43,735 nucleotides of DNA from IMG/VR virus record IMGVR_UViG_3300045988_010188; one strand, written 5' to 3'. The notes beneath the pieces were generated by a model. The model did not search any database. It had not been told where the DNA came from and saw only the letters and a list, made by a program, of their open reading frames with translations. Position 1 is the first letter of the stretch; the number at the start of each line of letters is the position of its first letter. A program made the position numbers and the translations under genes. Source of the DNA: a virus. Shown here piece after piece: positions 41,481 to 43,735 of the stretch.

Positions 41481-41516
41481 AAAAAGCGGATTAAACCACT
41501 TTAATCATGCGGTTTT

Positions 41517-42560
41517 TTATTTTTCATTTGTAATTTCATCTGTAATTTTTGCAGAAAAGTAGTTGTTGATGGCTGCGTTAGCTTCTGACTTGTCGCTGTC
41601 GAAAACATAGGAATACGTCTTGCGGTAGGTGCTTTCACAACTCCATCCGCCGCGTTCCATTGCGTAGCGATCATCTATGCCCACCGCTTTCATCACGGCG
41701 GCGTTGGTGTGGCGCAGACCGTGCACGGTGGTATCTGTTATCCCGGCAGCGGCGCACGCTCTGTGCACATGCTTGCGGACAGTGTCCGGATGCATCGGGA
41801 ATAGTCTGCCGTCAGACCGGTGCGGGAGTTGCCGTATCTTTTCCATGATGTATTCCGGGCAATCTACTGTTCGCTGGCTGCTGATGTTTTTTGCCGTGTC
41901 TTTCTGTACCCACTTATTGTTTTCGTCCGGCACAATGGCGCGGCGAATGTGTAAGAGATTGTTCTCTGTGTCTACACAGTCCCAGCACAGGCCGACGATC
42001 TCTGAGCGGCGCATACCCAGCCAGACGGCCAGCAAAATGGGAATCTCGCAGGAATCGCCCTGAATAGCTTCTGCCAGTTTACCGATGTCCTTAGGCTGCA
42101 AATATTTTTTCACCGGCTTTTGAATCTGCGGCAAGCGCACACCAAACACATCAACGCCGCACTCTTTCAAAACCGGGCGAACAAGGCCGTATGCGTTAGC
42201 TACAGTTTTAGCGGACACTTTTTTCGATTCCGCGTTTACCGCCATCTGCACATCCATCTTTGTAATGCTGTTTACATTGCGTTTCATCAACTTGTCAAAT
42301 CTATGTTTTTGCGCTGTTCGATATCCTCGCACTGTAGCGGGGGAAAGAACGGCGCTTTTGCTTTCTATATACTGGTCAATGGCGGCTGTCAGAGTAAGAC
42401 TTTCTGTTTTCGGCTCCACCTTTGCGCCGCCCTTAATGGCGGCAGCTTTCTTTTCCACATCTTTTTTGGTAGGGGCTGTGACAGATATCCGCTGACCTTC
42501 AATCATCATATTGATGTTCCAGTTGCCGGATTTCAGTTTGACAGCCTTTGGGATCTTCAT
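41517..42560 (-). CDS. int: Tyrosine integrase.
   Basis: MRRSEI...HGLRHT...Y catalytic pattern and an N-terminal arm-binding-like domain. The start is moved to MKIPKAV (GGAGAGGAGA RBS). Confidence 0.9.
   Translation of the reverse strand: MKIPKAVKLKSGNWNINMMIEGQRISVTAPTKKDVEKKAAAIKGGAKVEPKTESLTLTAAIDQYIESKSAVLSPATVRGYRTAQKHRFDKLMKRNVNSITKMDVQMAVNAESKKVSAKTVANAYGLVRPVLKECGVDVFGVRLPQIQKPVKKYLQPKDIGKLAEAIQGDSCEIPILLAVWLGMRRSEIVGLCWDCVDTENNLLHIRRAIVPDENNKWVQKDTAKNISSQRTVDCPEYIMEKIRQLPHRSDGRLFPMHPDTVRKHVHRACAAAGITDTTVHGLRHTNAAVMKAVGIDDRYAMERGGWSCESTYRKTYSYVFDSDKSEANAAINNYFSAKITDEITNEK
41525..41549. promoter_or_regulatory. Arm-type repeat copies (P' arm) inside the last codons of int.
   Basis: CATTTGTAATTT at 41525-41536 and ATCTGTAATTTT at 41538-41549. 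They encode ...ITDEITNEK. Confidence 0.55.
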
Positions 42561-43117
42561 TCTCCTCTCCCCTTTTCTTCTGTAATCTTCTTCGCATATC
42601 GCAGGGCGTTCAAAAACGCCGACGCGATCACGCCAACGCCGACGGCCAGCAGGACAATGACGATCCATGCCAAAGTGATAGCCTGTTTACCCTGAATAAT
42701 ACCGACGTTTGGCAACTGATAGTCAAACACCACATAGCCGATTAACGTCATTAGCAAAACCACAGCAAGGACGGAGATACTGTAAAGCGATATTCGCATA
42801 CGCTTCTCGGTCTTGGAAAGCTGTTCTATCCGTCCTTCCAGATTTGCCGTTACCAGCTCCGCTTTGTGATCGCGTTCCATTTGTTCTATTTGCTCTTCCG
42901 GCAGAACATCCGGCGTGATGCCAAAATACTTGTCCAGTGAAACACCACAAGCACGGCATATGTTGCCGGAGTTATTTACAGTTGGCGTTTTAGATGTAGA
43001 TGCAAAAAAGTTTTGCACACTGGAAAGCGGCACGTTGGAATTGTCTGCAACGACCTGATTGGTCATACCCTGTCGGTCTCTGGCCTCTCTGCATATATCC
43101 TGTAAAGACTTGCTCAT
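42557..43117 (-). CDS. Membrane-anchored XRE-type HTH protein, translationally coupled to int.
   Basis: The N-terminus MTNQVVADNSNVPLSSVQNFF is HTH-like. It is followed by a coiled segment and two TM helices. ATGA overlap with the int start. Confidence 0.75.
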   Translation of the reverse strand: MSKSLQDICREARDRQGMTNQVVADNSNVPLSSVQNFFASTSKTPTVNNSGNICRACGVSLDKYFGITPDVLPEEQIEQMERDHKAELVTANLEGRIEQLSKTEKRMRISLYSISVLAVVLLMTLIGYVVFDYQLPNVGIIQGKQAITLAWIVIVLLAVGVGVIASAFLNALRYAKKITEEKGRGE

Positions 43118-43261
43118 TTTCTGCTCCTCTTCCCATTGTAGGGTAGGAGATACCCGAATGTCGGTATGTCTAGTTTTGTCGAATACCCATCTTCGGAATT
43201 GACCTACCCAAGTTGTTTTTGCTACCCTGTTTTTGCACGGCGGGCATGGTGGGTGCCCGTC

Positions 43262-43303
43262 GGGAAAAGCCCTCCGCCGTTGTTGCGGAGACGGCGGAGG
43301 GCT
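43262..43303 (-). terminator. Strong intrinsic terminator on the minus strand.
   Basis: Perfect 13-bp stem AGCCCTCCGCCGT/ACGGCGGAGGGCT (43268-43280 and 43291-43303), followed on the minus strand by TTTTCCC. Confidence 0.8.
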
Positions 43304-43332
43304 TACACAGGCCAGTTATAATGATGGGACAT
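43303..43332 (-). CDS. 9-codon upstream ORF (MSHHYNWPV) ending inside the terminator stem.
   Basis: AAGGGAGG at 43343-43350 on the minus strand lies 10 nt before ATG 43332. The stop TAA at 43305-43303 overlaps the first nt of the stem. Confidence 0.3.
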   Translation of the reverse strand: MSHHYNWPV

Positions 43333-43373
43333 GGGCGGAACGCCTCCCTTTATGGTAGTGGTCTCTCGCAAAA

Positions 43374-43382
43374 ATTATACCA
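43374..43382 (-). promoter_or_regulatory. Extended -10 promoter on the minus strand.
   Basis: The minus strand reads TGgTATAAT. It lies about 40 nt upstream of the uORF, between the repressor stop and the terminator. Confidence 0.5.
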
Positions 43383-43532
43383 CATCTAGCGGCTGCAAAA
43401 CAGATAAGGTTGTGTTAAATAAGTACACAAATGAAACACTTGTTCTAACGCAGAAATTTGGATGGAGGATCAGAAGCATGACGGAACAGCAAGCAGCAAT
43501 ATACATATCGCAGCTCACTCACGAAGAAAAGC

Positions 43533-43735
43533 TTATCCTTGACGAGATGCTAATAGGCCTTGAACAAATGCGTCGACCTTCTCCATCTCGTCCGGCGTCA
43601 ACTGAACAAGACGCTTGATTAAGGACATATCCAATTCGCGCTCACTGGTTTCAGTGGGCGCTTTTTTTGCGCCCTGCGGCGGGATAGCAGGCGCGCCCAT
43701 CAGCTCGCCGGGCGAAATGCCAAATAAATTTGCGA
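43533..43735 (-). CDS. cI-like XRE repressor, C-terminal part (continuation of the 1-223 ORF; 116 aa in total).
   Basis: Frame checked across the overlap. It reads ...APTETSERELDMSLIKRLVQLTPDEMEKVDAFVQGLLASRQG with stop TAA at 43533-43535. Confidence 0.8.
   Translation of the reverse strand, partial: ANLFGISPGELMGAPAIPPQGAKKAPTETSERELDMSLIKRLVQLTPDEMEKVDAFVQGLLASRQG
43661..43735. repeat. Second copy of the 75-nt terminal redundancy.
   Basis: Identical to nt 1-75. The repeat is bounded by the window ends, so the unit length is 43,660 bp. Confidence 0.95.

Noticed and set aside
41257-41481. Minus-strand 74-aa ORF and plus-strand ORF 41215-41403 across attP.
   Set aside because: They are composed of the tRNA fragment, the terminator hairpin and the arm repeats (translating as ITDKITDE and NFICNFICNF). 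They are artefacts of repeats, not genes.
43331-43618. Plus-strand 95-aa ORF, including an internal GGAGGA-ATG start at 43478.
   Set aside because: Its 3' half is antisense to the repressor C-terminus, which has a typical XRE C-terminal helix. Its 5' half crosses the minus-strand promoter, uORF and terminator unit. A short convergent peptide from 43478 cannot be fully excluded.

Overview
The first and last 75 nt of the window are identical and a repressor gene reads in frame across that junction, so this looks like one complete, circularly closed temperate siphovirus-like phage genome with a 43,660 bp unit. All protein family calls come from motifs read by eye in the supplied translations; no database search or RNA model could be run.

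Gene order around the circle:
- a cI-like XRE repressor, split by the window ends, facing a cro-like switch
- early HTH and zinc-ribbon genes
- recombination genes (Gp157-like, ERF, SSB)
- replication genes (a DnaD-like initiator with internal iterons, and a DnaC-like loader)
- a DNA-modification block (repeat protein, PAPS-reductase-like PP-loop protein, DPPY amino-methyltransferase, C5-methyltransferase)
- small Cys-rich genes and an SleB-like hydrolase
- a roughly 0.9 kb region with its own promoter and no credible ORF
- terS, then a 5.2 kb foreign island, then terL
- portal, scaffold, capsid, connectors, tail genes with a -1 frameshift chaperone, tape measure and fibers
- holin and an amidase-SPOR endolysin
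- a five-gene post-lysis cassette
- attP carrying a tRNA 3' fragment and arm-type repeats
- a tyrosine integrase translationally coupled to a membrane-anchored XRE protein

Most notable observations:
1. The hairpin-dense, ORF-free region at 13.7-14.6 kb carries a tRNA-like element and is a candidate large ornate ncRNA.
2. The C5 DNA methyltransferase has its motifs in the order IV-X then I-III, a circular permutation.
3. The island between terS and terL carries a short serine recombinase, consensus promoters, possible inversion repeats and two homopolymer frameshifts.
4. A promoter, RBS, 9-codon uORF and terminator sit upstream of the integrase operon.
5. The attP site has six arm-type repeats.
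6. The post-lysis cassette encodes spore-surface-like small proteins.

No CRISPR array, rRNA gene or IS transposase was seen.
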